A DNA stretch of 40,168 nt from an uncultured Planctomycetales bacterium (GCA_964479285.1 CAYZLU010000001.1:1-40168), one strand, 5' to 3'; counted from the stretch's first letter, positions 1 to 7,537 are shown. Program-made: numbers and translations. The notes: generated by a model not told the origin, from the letters alone.

Positions 1-55
1 GTTTTTGTTGGATATGGAAAGGTTGTTTTTTTCAAAATGGCTATGGACACTACAT
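1..55. repeat. Terminal direct repeat, copy 1 (identical to 40114..40168). It marks the overlap of a circular or terminally redundant genome.
   Basis: The first 55 nt (gtttttgttggatatgg...ggacactacat) recur exactly as the last 55 nt of the window. Confidence 0.95.
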
Positions 56-392
56 TTTAAAACGAAAAGATTACCGAGCTCATCGAGTAGCCTACGAAAT
101 TGCTTTTGGTGAAATCCCAGAAGATAAATTTGTTTGTCACAAATGTGATAATCCTTCTTGTGTGAATCCCAAACATCTTTTTTTAGGCTTTCCCAAGGAA
201 AATACACATGACATGATTTCAAAAGGACGTTTGAATCGTTCCCGAGGAGAAAACAAAGGCATAACTTATCGAAAAGAAACTGGAAAATGGCGAGCCCGCT
301 ACATGAGAGATTATAAAAATATTCTCGTAGGGGAGTTTGACACGAAAGAAGAAGCTTTATCTGCTTTGCAAAATGCACGATCGTCACCCTAG
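1..392 (+). CDS. HNH homing endonuclease with a C-terminal AP2-like DNA-binding domain. This is the 3' part; the ORF starts at 40017 and crosses the circular junction.
   Basis: The frame is open from nt 3. It reads FCWIWKGCFFQNGYGHYILKRKDYRAHRVAYEIAFGEIPEDKFVCHKCDNPSCVNPKHLFLG (HNH_3-type signature), then GITYRKETGKWRARY..GEFDTKEEALSA (AP2-like). The frame is continuous with 40017..40113. Confidence 0.85.
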   Translation, partial: FCWIWKGCFFQNGYGHYILKRKDYRAHRVAYEIAFGEIPEDKFVCHKCDNPSCVNPKHLFLGFPKENTHDMISKGRLNRSRGENKGITYRKETGKWRARYMRDYKNILVGEFDTKEEALSALQNARSSP

Positions 393-447
393 ATTTAATT
401 AACTTTATCCTGTATGATAAAAATTATTAAGTGCAAGTAACTAAATC

Positions 448-693
448 ATGTATCACCCTCAAATTTCGAATGATGACGTAACAGATATTATGGAAATGGC
501 TCAAAAAATTGAGGACTACATAAAAGAAATCGTTAAGGATAACGACAAGAATATTGCGATTTCTGCATTAATTAGTGGGTCTGTCAATTCCATAATGTCT
601 CAATGCAATTCCATAAATGAAACTATCCTTTACAGAAACTTTCTTGTGCAAACTATGGATATGGCTATTAAGTGCGCTCAGGAGAAGGAGTAG
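448..693 (+). CDS. Hypothetical protein (81 aa).
   Basis: ORF follows the HNH gene on the same strand. The SD is weak and the 3' end overlaps the convergent ORF 668..1255. Confidence 0.4.
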   Translation: MYHPQISNDDVTDIMEMAQKIEDYIKEIVKDNDKNIAISALISGSVNSIMSQCNSINETILYRNFLVQTMDMAIKCAQEKE

Positions 694-1255
694 TTTTCTT
701 TGTCGATTTTCTCTTTTTAGGAGATTTTTTCTCGCAATTCTGCATAAATTCAGCAAATTTACCCATATTAAAGTAAATATAGTTAATTTTAGACAAACAT
801 TCTTCGGTTATAGGGCATTCATCTTTTACATCATTCAGACGTTTCCTTTCCTCTAACGCAGCTCTCGCTAAAGATATACAGCCTTTGAATTCATTTACCA
901 TACCATTAAGTTTATCCACATTTTTCATGTAGTCTTCAAACTTGTCCAGGGTCACAATGGCTAATTTAACTTGTTCGTTCCTGCGCTCATCATTGACCAA
1001 ATCATTGAGCTTGTCATGGATGCGATTAAATGTGCTAAACTCATTTCCAGACTCGAAAACTTCTTCCAAACATTCTCTAACAATGGAGCCTGTATTTTCA
1101 GAAATGTTTACATTTGGATTATTAATAATTATGTTTAATTTTTCGTGAATTCTATCGATTTGTCTATCAATATCATCCATGACGACGCAGGTTTCTAAGA
1201 CATCCTCAATCTTGCTTATCCGTTCTCTGATATCTTTAATATCATTCCAAAACAT
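668..1255 (-). CDS. Hypothetical protein, helical or coiled-coil-like, with a basic C-terminal tail.
   Basis: 195-aa ORF. Its ATG overlaps the stop of the upstream ORF (TAATG). Confidence 0.6.
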   Translation of the reverse strand: MFWNDIKDIRERISKIEDVLETCVVMDDIDRQIDRIHEKLNIIINNPNVNISENTGSIVRECLEEVFESGNEFSTFNRIHDKLNDLVNDERRNEQVKLAIVTLDKFEDYMKNVDKLNGMVNEFKGCISLARAALEERKRLNDVKDECPITEECLSKINYIYFNMGKFAEFMQNCEKKSPKKRKSTKKTTPSPERT

Positions 1256-1452
1256 TACTCACCCTCTTTATGAACTCTATAATGAGTTACTTGTGAAAAG
1301 TTAATTCCTAAATCATCATCGACAAAAACGCATTGAAATCCAAACTTTTTTAACTTTTCTGACATTTCATCAAGTTTTTCCTTTGACTCGAATTCTAACC
1401 ATTGTGTTTCTCCAGATGTAACGAAAAACTCAACCCAATATTTCTCTGTCAT
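1255..1452 (-). CDS. Hypothetical protein (about 65 aa).
   Basis: The ORF track starts it at 1470. The ATG at 1452 has a GGGAGG 8 nt upstream and forms an ATGA overlap with the stop of ORF 1449..1832. Confidence 0.55.
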   Translation of the reverse strand: MTEKYWVEFFVTSGETQWLEFESKEKLDEMSEKLKKFGFQCVFVDDDLGINFSQVTHYRVHKEGE

Positions 1453-1832
1453 ATTTTTTCCTCCCAACATTTATCGCACCTAACTGCAAACCAATGCATA
1501 TTTCGCATCCTTCCAGGCGCCCCACAGCAATCACAGGTACGCAGGGAGAGCGCCTCAGCTTCTTCTATCAGATCCCTTATCTCCTGCGTATCCACATTGA
1601 GATAAAATCGTAATGTGCCATATTTCTCTTTTACTTGTATAGCGTAAATTTCTAAGATGATGTTATCTTGACCTTCGACCCAAGGATTGACTTCATTGTA
1701 ATCCTCTAAAATCCTCTCGATTTTAATCGATAAATCTCGTATGAGGTCATACCAACCGAGACCGCATTCGAAAATAATTCCATTCACATATAGAAAAGGA
1801 CATTCGTTCTTCAACGTATCCCAACTTTTCAT
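1449..1832 (-). CDS. Hypothetical protein with a C-terminal Cys cluster.
   Basis: 127-aa ORF with ATGA coupling to the upstream ORF. Motifs are FECGLGWYDLI, KEKYGTLRFY and CDCCGAPG...CDKC. Confidence 0.6.
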   Translation of the reverse strand: MKSWDTLKNECPFLYVNGIIFECGLGWYDLIRDLSIKIERILEDYNEVNPWVEGQDNIILEIYAIQVKEKYGTLRFYLNVDTQEIRDLIEEAEALSLRTCDCCGAPGRMRNMHWFAVRCDKCWEEKI

Positions 1833-2026
1833 TTCTCATCCCTCCTGATAGCCTCAGAAGTTGAGATATCCTTTTCATCATTCCATCTTTTTCGATATAC
1901 CTCATATTCGGCAAAACTCATTCCTTTTGGTTCATAAAGAGGAGCTTCGCATCTTCGCCGGCAGTTTTTACAGAATCCATAAATCGTAAAATGAGCAGGG
2001 TCGCAATAATTACACCAAGTTTTCAT
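1829..2026 (-). CDS. Small Cys-rich (zinc-ribbon-like) hypothetical protein.
   Basis: 65 aa with CNYC...CKNCRRRC. ATGA overlaps on both sides. Confidence 0.55.
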   Translation of the reverse strand: MKTWCNYCDPAHFTIYGFCKNCRRRCEAPLYEPKGMSFAEYEVYRKRWNDEKDISTSEAIRRDEK

Positions 2027-2361
2027 TTTTTATCCTTTTCCTTCCATGCATATACTCCCCGATATCCCGTCCAATTATCATCATATTCAATTTTCCAATG
2101 TGAAATGGCTTGATTGGTGACTTCACCCCAATTTTTTTTTAATATGGAAAACTCGCTTTCTTCTTCAAAATCATCCCCTTCATCGAAAGTACGAACTTCA
2201 TAGACACCATTTTTATCAGGTATTTTTTTTATAGGCACGCTTTTTGGGATGCTTTCTCTTGGATAGCATAAATTCCACCCTTTCCATTTGCATTTACATT
2301 TCCAAGTCCACTTCCCTTTTCTTGAAGTTTTTTTTACTCCACAACAACAATACATTCCCAT
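2023..2361 (-). CDS. Hypothetical protein (112 aa).
   Basis: ORF in the coupled operon, with a Cys/Lys/Trp-rich N-terminus. Confidence 0.55.
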   Translation of the reverse strand: MGMYCCCGVKKTSRKGKWTWKCKCKWKGWNLCYPRESIPKSVPIKKIPDKNGVYEVRTFDEGDDFEEESEFSILKKNWGEVTNQAISHWKIEYDDNWTGYRGVYAWKEKDKK

Positions 2362-2538
2362 TTACATATCCGCCATTCGGTTTATATAACTCGATCTTGC
2401 ATTTTCAACGATAAGTTTTAATTGATTCCAAAAGAATTCATCGCTATCGAGTTCTTCATCTGTGTAAGGTTAAAATTTCTTTTTGTTTATTGATCCAAAT
2501 TTCATTTTTATATTTGGGTTAAATCCACATTGTGACAT
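2362..2538 (-). pseudogene. 58-codon reading frame interrupted by one in-frame TAA. Either a disrupted small gene or a readthrough candidate.
   Basis: The ATG at 2538..2536 overlaps the upstream stop (TAATG). 22 codons follow, then TAA at 2472..2470. 35 more sense codons in the same frame end at a TAA directly abutting the ATG at 2361. The distal part has no internal start codon. Confidence 0.35.
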
Positions 2539-2885
2539 TATTTCTTTCCTTTTATTTTACAAAGATCTTCCAGAATATCAAATATAGTGTCTAGTTGTTC
2601 TTGAATGTGTCTAAATTTTTTAGAATAAGGAGGATGGTATTTTTTTCCATGTATAAGAATTCTTTCAACTTTTTCCTTTTCATTTTTTTCTGCATAATCT
2701 TGACTAACCTTTGCAGAATAATTTAAGTTACCACCAAACTTTTTTATTTCTCGTGAAATATTCGATTGATCCCGATTTAAATGAAGGGCTATTTGAGTAT
2801 GAGTAACATTTCGTTTTTTTAATTGACTCTCTATATATTGTCTTTCTTCATATGTAATTTTCTTATAAACCATTACTATTACCAT
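2538..2885 (-). CDS. Helix-turn-helix DNA-binding protein (IS30-type HTH_38-like).
   Basis: ITYEERQYIESQLKKRNVTHTQIALHLNRDQSNISREIKKF matches the N-terminal HTH pattern of IS30-family proteins. There is no transposase catalytic domain. Confidence 0.6.
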   Translation of the reverse strand: MVIVMVYKKITYEERQYIESQLKKRNVTHTQIALHLNRDQSNISREIKKFGGNLNYSAKVSQDYAEKNEKEKVERILIHGKKYHPPYSKKFRHIQEQLDTIFDILEDLCKIKGKK

Positions 2886-2902
2886 TTATTCAATTTAACT
2901 TT

Positions 2903-3322
2903 TTACTCACCAAAATAAACATTATCATATCCATACGTTATTTTTTCAAGCAAATCTTTATCGGGATGTTCAGTACTTTTATTGCTAATTGGAAAGTCAT
3001 GCTTTCCTTTTGCAATCTTAGTATTAAGTGAACGATCATTGATAAACAACCTTCTCACCCTGTAATAAGTTCTAAAAAGCCATCGGTGCGAATAGGCGAT
3101 CGGATGTCTAAGTTTAAATAGAAAGCGTTGCCATCTTGTCCTGCCTATTAACATAAATCCCCAAGGGTCTAGAAAACGCACTTCATTCGAGAATTTGACA
3201 CCTAGCGTTGATTGATGACAAACAGGCTCCCCACCTGGAGGTCTATATATAAATTCATTTTTTCGTGCGTTTACGTAATCTTCTTTTAGATTTTTCTCAA
3301 TCATTAATTTTTCTTTATTCAT
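2903..3322 (-). CDS. Hypothetical protein (139 aa).
   Basis: ORF in the same-strand operon; no motif recognised. Confidence 0.55.
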   Translation of the reverse strand: MNKEKLMIEKNLKEDYVNARKNEFIYRPPGGEPVCHQSTLGVKFSNEVRFLDPWGFMLIGRTRWQRFLFKLRHPIAYSHRWLFRTYYRVRRLFINDRSLNTKIAKGKHDFPISNKSTEHPDKDLLEKITYGYDNVYFGE

Positions 3323-3578
3323 TTTTACTCCTATGAAAATAAGTTATTTTAATCTTATTTTCTTTATTACGTATAATCCCTTTTGTCAGCCATTCTACTT
3401 CATCAACTGTATGCCTTCCATTTCCACAGCATTCTTTATAACTTTCCAAAGTAGCTCTAAACCAGGCACCCCCACATCCTTGGCATAGAGCATTTGGACA
3501 ATACCAAATCCCTTGAGCTTCTACTCTTTTGTTTTTGATTCCACAAGAAAAGCATGTATCGGGTTTTTCTTTATTCAA
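3315..3578 (-). CDS. Zinc-ribbon hypothetical protein.
   Basis: 87 aa with CFSC..., YCPNALCQGCG. Confidence 0.55.
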   Translation of the reverse strand: MNKEKPDTCFSCGIKNKRVEAQGIWYCPNALCQGCGGAWFRATLESYKECCGNGRHTVDEVEWLTKGIIRNKENKIKITYFHRSKNE

Positions 3579-3767
3579 TTATAATCCTCCGACATTCCAG
3601 CTTCTTCGGATGTCCTGTTTATCTACTTGTCTATCGTAAACTTTATCGACTTTGTAAAATTCATCTTCATGAACTAGACGAATCCATTGACCGCCTTTTA
3701 CATCATTGCCATCGTCCACCCAACAGACTCTTCGAACATTTCCTTTCGATAGCTCAACTTGTTTCAT
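3579..3767 (-). CDS. Hypothetical protein (62 aa).
   Basis: The ORF abuts the next gene with no gap. Confidence 0.5.
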   Translation of the reverse strand: MKQVELSKGNVRRVCWVDDGNDVKGGQWIRLVHEDEFYKVDKVYDRQVDKQDIRRSWNVGGL

Positions 3768-3770
3768 TTT

Positions 3771-3953
3771 TCATGCCTTTCCTGTCAAAATTAATCCCAA
3801 TTCTATAAAATCTTTAAGGTTCATATTCCCATAGATAGTGGTAATCAGACCCCATTTTTTATAATCATAGCCAAATTTTCGAAGAGAGTTTTTAGATCTT
3901 ATCTTCATAAGTTTCTTATATTTTCGGCTTTTCTTACTTATCTTCATCTTCAA
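3771..3953 (-). CDS. Small, very basic hypothetical protein.
   Basis: 60-aa Lys/Arg-rich ORF. The start is uncertain because it overlaps the upstream ORF by 20 nt. Confidence 0.4.
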   Translation of the reverse strand: MKMKISKKSRKYKKLMKIRSKNSLRKFGYDYKKWGLITTIYGNMNLKDFIELGLILTGKA

Positions 3954-4398
3954 TTTTCTCCAAGTCTTCCAATGCTACTCTCAAATCAGCTTTAAGTCTA
4001 TTTACATATTCAGTAACCCACCTGATTCTCTCTTCCCTCGAAGGACGAGTAAATCTCATTAATTGATCGGGGCTTTTTGGAATTTGTGATAAAGACTCAA
4101 ACAAATTCAAAACACAATCGGAAGTAGGAACTGATAATAATTTACTGTCAAAACTTTTAATTATTTTTTCTGGAATTACTGTATTTAAATTGTTTTCTGG
4201 TTGATCACTATGAATGACCTTCCCATCATTAATCAGGTCTTGTGAATCTAAATCATACCTTTCATTGAAACATTTTTCGCACATACCCCTCTTGCCAAAT
4301 CCTTTGGCAGCCTCGTCCCAAATTGCACATTTTAAACATCCCAAATGTTCTGCGCTTTTTAAAATTTCCTCTAATATTTCTTCATGCTCTTTATCCAT
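3934..4398 (-). CDS. Hypothetical protein with a CxxC...CxxC motif.
   Basis: The track ORF begins at a TTG (4428). The first ATG is at 4398. Contains LGCLKCAIW...GMCEKCFNE. Confidence 0.55.
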   Translation of the reverse strand: MDKEHEEILEEILKSAEHLGCLKCAIWDEAAKGFGKRGMCEKCFNERYDLDSQDLINDGKVIHSDQPENNLNTVIPEKIIKSFDSKLLSVPTSDCVLNLFESLSQIPKSPDQLMRFTRPSREERIRWVTEYVNRLKADLRVALEDLEKIEDEDK

Positions 4399-4486
4399 AA
4401 TATCTAAACGCTTCCTGGAGTAATCCAACCTTTACTTTCATCATGACCACAATATTTAGGTCTATCATTTTCAGTATCCATCATAT

Positions 4487-5317
4487 TTATAATCCCATTA
4501 AGATTTCGAACGCTTTTTTCGCTTGTTGAGGACATACTGAGTTGCCGAGTCCTCTAAGTCTGTCCACATGGAACGATACCCCATCAGAAGTTCTACAAAC
4601 TCCACTGACAGCCTTTTGCCAATGCTTTCGGGATTCAAACGGCCAATACTGTCCTGTAAATCCTCGCCGTGTTTCCCCTTCACTCTGCTCGGACTCGGCG
4701 CTCGTATCGGCTTCGATCCTTGGCTTGCGGTTGGGGTTGCTAAGAGTACAGAGGAATGTAGACAAGGCGTATTCCTTCTCCGTTCGCTCGGCGTATCTGA
4801 TTGCGCTCTCGATTGCGGGGTGGGCCAATAAGAACCAACGATCTCTTTTGTGGAGCGCTCCAACGGACGCAGCGGATATAGTACACCATCGACAATCATA
4901 CCCCATCGTGGTAAATTCATTAACAACTTGAAGTCCCCCTCTTGTTGAGATTGCCGGGACGTTTTCAAGGAATATGAACTTGGGCTTGATTTCTTTGGCC
5001 AAGCGAATGATCTCGAAAAACAGTCCGCTGCGCTCTCCTTCCAAGCCTTTTCCAAGTCCTGCAATGCTGATATCCTGGCATGGAAAGCCACCGTAGATAA
5101 TATCGATGCTATTAATAGGAAATGACCCTGAGTCTTTTCCGAGTGTTTGCACGTCATCCCAAATTGGAGAGGTTTGTAATTCCCCACATGCCATTCTAGA
5201 CAACAATACTCCTTGACAATAAGGGTCGATTTCGCAATAGGCGATGGGTCTAACGTAATCTCTAAGGGCGAGACTGATTCCACCGATTCCGCTAAATAAA
5301 TCCAAGCCATTTAACAT
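4487..5317 (-). CDS. dcm: DNA (cytosine-5) methyltransferase (frame A).
   Basis: Motifs in order: DLFSGIGG (I), GGFPCQDIS (IV), ERSGLFFE, FLENVP (VI), GALHKRDRWF (VIII-like), VDRLRGLGNSVCPQ (X). The start lies 6 nt after the terL stop. Confidence 0.85.
   Translation of the reverse strand: MLNGLDLFSGIGGISLALRDYVRPIAYCEIDPYCQGVLLSRMACGELQTSPIWDDVQTLGKDSGSFPINSIDIIYGGFPCQDISIAGLGKGLEGERSGLFFEIIRLAKEIKPKFIFLENVPAISTRGGLQVVNEFTTMGYDCRWCTISAASVGALHKRDRWFLLAHPAIESAIRYAERTEKEYALSTFLCTLSNPNRKPRIEADTSAESEQSEGETRRGFTGQYWPFESRKHWQKAVSGVCRTSDGVSFHVDRLRGLGNSVCPQQAKKAFEILMGL
4498..5310 (-). CDS. Alternative-frame ORF (frame B, +1 relative to dcm), co-extensive with the methyltransferase gene. It is a possible overprinted gene.
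   Basis: 270 codons without a stop. The ATG is 7 nt downstream of the dcm ATG. The product contains LPRWGMIVDGVLYPL, YWPTP, LLATPTA and LNPE..VEFVELLMGYRSMWTDLE. I recall these motifs from standalone phage/ICE proteins and from the variable/motif-IX region of some phage C5-MTases. Confidence 0.45.
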   Translation of the reverse strand: MAWIYLAESVESVSPLEITLDPSPIAKSTLIVKEYCCLEWHVGNYKPLQFGMTCKHSEKTQGHFLLIASILSTVAFHARISALQDLEKAWKESAADCFSRSFAWPKKSSPSSYSLKTSRQSQQEGDFKLLMNLPRWGMIVDGVLYPLRPLERSTKEIVGSYWPTPQSRAQSDTPSERRRNTPCLHSSVLLATPTASQGSKPIRAPSPSRVKGKHGEDLQDSIGRLNPESIGKRLSVEFVELLMGYRSMWTDLEDSATQYVLNKRKKRSKS

Positions 5318-5323
5318 CCGTTC

Positions 5324-6859
5324 TCAATATCCAAAATATTTATTTATAGCCTTCATATCATTTTCTGAGCTTGCATTGTCTTTTCTTTCCAATCCCTTCA
5401 ATCCCACCGCAAGGTAACGAAAGGCATCTGCCGCATGACTTGCGTCATCATGTTGAGGTGTGTTTTTATAACATCCTAGTCTATCATTCCACTCTTTTTT
5501 GTACGCTTCTAAATGTTTAAACCCCTTTGTCGTCTTTTCTTCATCAAAGACGCAACGGGACAACATTGATCGTACAGTCTGTATCCCTTCAAGTTTATCA
5601 CACTCTTTGATGTCCAATATAACGATCCGACCGTCAAGGAGCGGGATAACGTGGTCAATATACTGCGTCTTAACGCCAGTGTCTCTTTTTCTCGCGTCAT
5701 GAGGGAAGATATGTCGTCCAAAACGGTACTTTTGTTTATTAAGCCAATCACAATAATGTGCCGCCCCTTCATCAAGATTTTCATAAAAGTTTATAATATT
5801 TACTTGGCCGCCTCTTCCCACTTGAAAGCACCATATTGCAGTAAAATCGTCCAGGCCGATGTCCCATGCGCTATGAACCGGCAATGCGTCGTCGTAAGGA
5901 ACCCGACAAACATTTCCATTAGCACTAAGTTTAGCCAATTGAGTACCGTAATAAAGACCTTCATTAGCACTTTCGAATGCCTCCTTTGGTGTCGATGGAT
6001 ACTCTTGCTTCATAGCATCACCGAGCATCCGATGCTTCATTTCATACCATCTTCTCTGCTCTTCGTCAATCTTTCTTTGACGCTCAAGCTCGATTCGATC
6101 GAAATATTCGTTTGTCTCTTTACTCACTATGATTTCTCCGCTTGATTCGCGATATTCTGGCTCGTCGAACCAAGGGAAGAAGAAAAATCGCATTTGCATT
6201 GGGGACAGTCTGAAATCAGGCATGGATTCGCTTTTCGACAATAACGCTTCAGCCTGTTTGCTAAACTCGTAGAAGTACCCTTCCCTTCCCTCAGCGGTGG
6301 ATTCGATAGCAATAATTTGATCAGCGGAGACAGTGTTAAGACTTCCAGTAACAATTTCCTTTGCAACATCGGGCGACTTTGCACATATCTTTCCAAATTC
6401 AGAAACCAACAGCCGTTGATACGTTCCACTCCTGAATCCTGTACTAACTCGATAACTAGATCCATTTGCGAAAACCAATTCACCAGCTCGATCGTTAGTG
6501 GCACTGTTGAAAGCTCTCGTCCATTTGGGCATTCTGTCATATGCGTATTTTACCTTTTGTTTAAAAATTTGCTCTGCATCCTCTTTTCTATGGGCTATTA
6601 TACCCGAAGCAGTATTATTATACCAAAAGCACTCATCCAAGAAGTTTATTACGAAATATGTAGTCACTCCTAGTTGACGCGCCTTAAGCACGAGCATTTG
6701 GTGCCACTCTCTATGATATAATTCCTTTTGTGCCCAATTAAGATTGAATAGAACCTCTTCACCAGATTTGTTTGTGATGTAATAAAGATGGGTGAGTCGC
6801 CAAAGCTTGTCATTAAGCTGCTCTTGGGTAGGGATGTAATCATCATGTTGAATAATCAT
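5324..6859 (-). CDS. terL: Terminase large subunit.
   Basis: 511 aa. It has an N-terminal ATPase-like segment (VLKARQLGVTTY, later LLVSEFG). The C-terminal nuclease-like part contains SAWDIGLDDFTAIW and HAADAFRY. Confidence 0.85.
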   Translation of the reverse strand: MIIQHDDYIPTQEQLNDKLWRLTHLYYITNKSGEEVLFNLNWAQKELYHREWHQMLVLKARQLGVTTYFVINFLDECFWYNNTASGIIAHRKEDAEQIFKQKVKYAYDRMPKWTRAFNSATNDRAGELVFANGSSYRVSTGFRSGTYQRLLVSEFGKICAKSPDVAKEIVTGSLNTVSADQIIAIESTAEGREGYFYEFSKQAEALLSKSESMPDFRLSPMQMRFFFFPWFDEPEYRESSGEIIVSKETNEYFDRIELERQRKIDEEQRRWYEMKHRMLGDAMKQEYPSTPKEAFESANEGLYYGTQLAKLSANGNVCRVPYDDALPVHSAWDIGLDDFTAIWCFQVGRGGQVNIINFYENLDEGAAHYCDWLNKQKYRFGRHIFPHDARKRDTGVKTQYIDHVIPLLDGRIVILDIKECDKLEGIQTVRSMLSRCVFDEEKTTKGFKHLEAYKKEWNDRLGCYKNTPQHDDASHAADAFRYLAVGLKGLERKDNASSENDMKAINKYFGY

Positions 6860-6892
6860 TTTATTTTACCGCAAATAAAATCAATAGTTAAA

Positions 6893-6921
6893 TTTATAAC
6901 ACAAACAATTAAACAAAGTAA
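6893..6921 (-). promoter_or_regulatory. Candidate extended -10 promoter upstream of terL.
   Basis: The minus strand reads TTACTT, 17 nt, then TATAAA preceded by TGT (TGnTATAAA). It lies about 35 nt upstream of the terL ATG in an AT-rich 105-nt gap. Confidence 0.3.
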
Positions 6922-6964
6922 AAAAAAAGAAAAAATTGATATAGAATATATATATATAAATTCT

Positions 6965-7264
6965 TTAATTACTTCCATTATTTATCCCTGGAGCTTCGGG
7001 CAATGGCATCCAATGAGTGACGCATTCTGAATATGCTGCCCATTCCATATCTCCCCAAGCACCTGATCCTACTTGAAATTCATCATGATATTCGTTAAGA
7101 AATTCCCATATAGGGAAATTAAACTCTAAACCCTTCTTATCATGAAAATTTGATTTATAAGCGATTGCAATAGGTTTAGGTTCGCCAGTTCCTGGATTAT
7201 CTGAATAAACCAAAACATACTCTCCATTTTCTGGTAATCTGTCTTTGACGCTAATCCATTCCAT
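6965..7264 (-). CDS. DUF551-like phage protein.
   Basis: MEWISVKDRLPENGEYVLVY... is the typical DUF551 N-terminal pattern. Confidence 0.6.
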   Translation of the reverse strand: MEWISVKDRLPENGEYVLVYSDNPGTGEPKPIAIAYKSNFHDKKGLEFNFPIWEFLNEYHDEFQVGSGAWGDMEWAAYSECVTHWMPLPEAPGINNGSN

Positions 7265-7475
7265 TTTTCACCCTAAAATGTATGTAAATATCACCACACT
7301 TAAGCTTACCATATTCAGAGGGTACTAAATTTTTGTCAAATTGGAAATATTGAAATGCAGGTATCCAGTCTTTCAATCTTGTTAATTCGAAAACCTTATC
7401 ATGATCTGCAACATCATAATAAACAATCAAATCTTCCGAGTGAGTTAGCTTTTTGCAATGTTGACAACGTCCCAA
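7251..7475 (-). CDS. Hypothetical protein (74 aa, TTG start).
   Basis: ORF with GGAG 9 nt upstream of the TTG at 7475. Contains CQHC. Confidence 0.5.
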   Translation of the reverse strand: MGRCQHCKKLTHSEDLIVYYDVADHDKVFELTRLKDWIPAFQYFQFDKNLVPSEYGKLKCGDIYIHFRVKNGMD

Positions 7476-7487
7476 TAATTACTCCAA

Positions 7488-7496
7488 ATTATAACA
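7488..7496 (-). promoter_or_regulatory. Candidate extended -10 promoter element (TGTTATAAT).
   Basis: The minus strand reads TGT-TATAAT, a perfect -10 with a TG extension, about 13 nt upstream of the 7475 start region. No good -35 is present. Confidence 0.35.
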
Positions 7497-7537
7497 AGGG
7501 TTCCAGCCACGACGAGCAACCCCGAAAGCGATCAAAA

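Noticed and set aside
2470-2490. A-rich tract AAC AAA AAG AAA TTT TAA as a -1 frameshift site.
   Set aside because: The downstream open segment is in the same frame as the upstream one. A -1 or +1 shift leads quickly to stops, so only readthrough or a mutation fits.
4552-4834. A single methyltransferase made by two programmed frameshifts (frame A to B near 4820, then B to A near 4552).
   Set aside because: It is attractive because it orders motifs I-VIII, the WPTP region, a motif-IX-like segment and motif X. However, neither junction has a canonical slippery heptamer. Frame A alone is uninterrupted and frame B has its own ATG. It is kept only as an alternative under the dual-coding finding.
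4542-4931. Antisense ORFs (129 aa at 4542..4931 and 87 aa at 4568..4831) opposite the methyltransferase.
   Set aside because: The translations are low-complexity (Ser/Pro/Leu/Arg-rich) with no motif. They are most simply a by-product of the GC-rich, stop-depleted composition of this locus.
5509-6673. Long alternative-frame and antisense ORFs inside terL (5509..5784 -, 5651..6145 +, 6127..6540 -, 6317..6673 +).
   Set aside because: They are fully nested in a well-supported terminase gene. The translations have no recognisable motifs, start contexts or coupling. They are treated as spurious.
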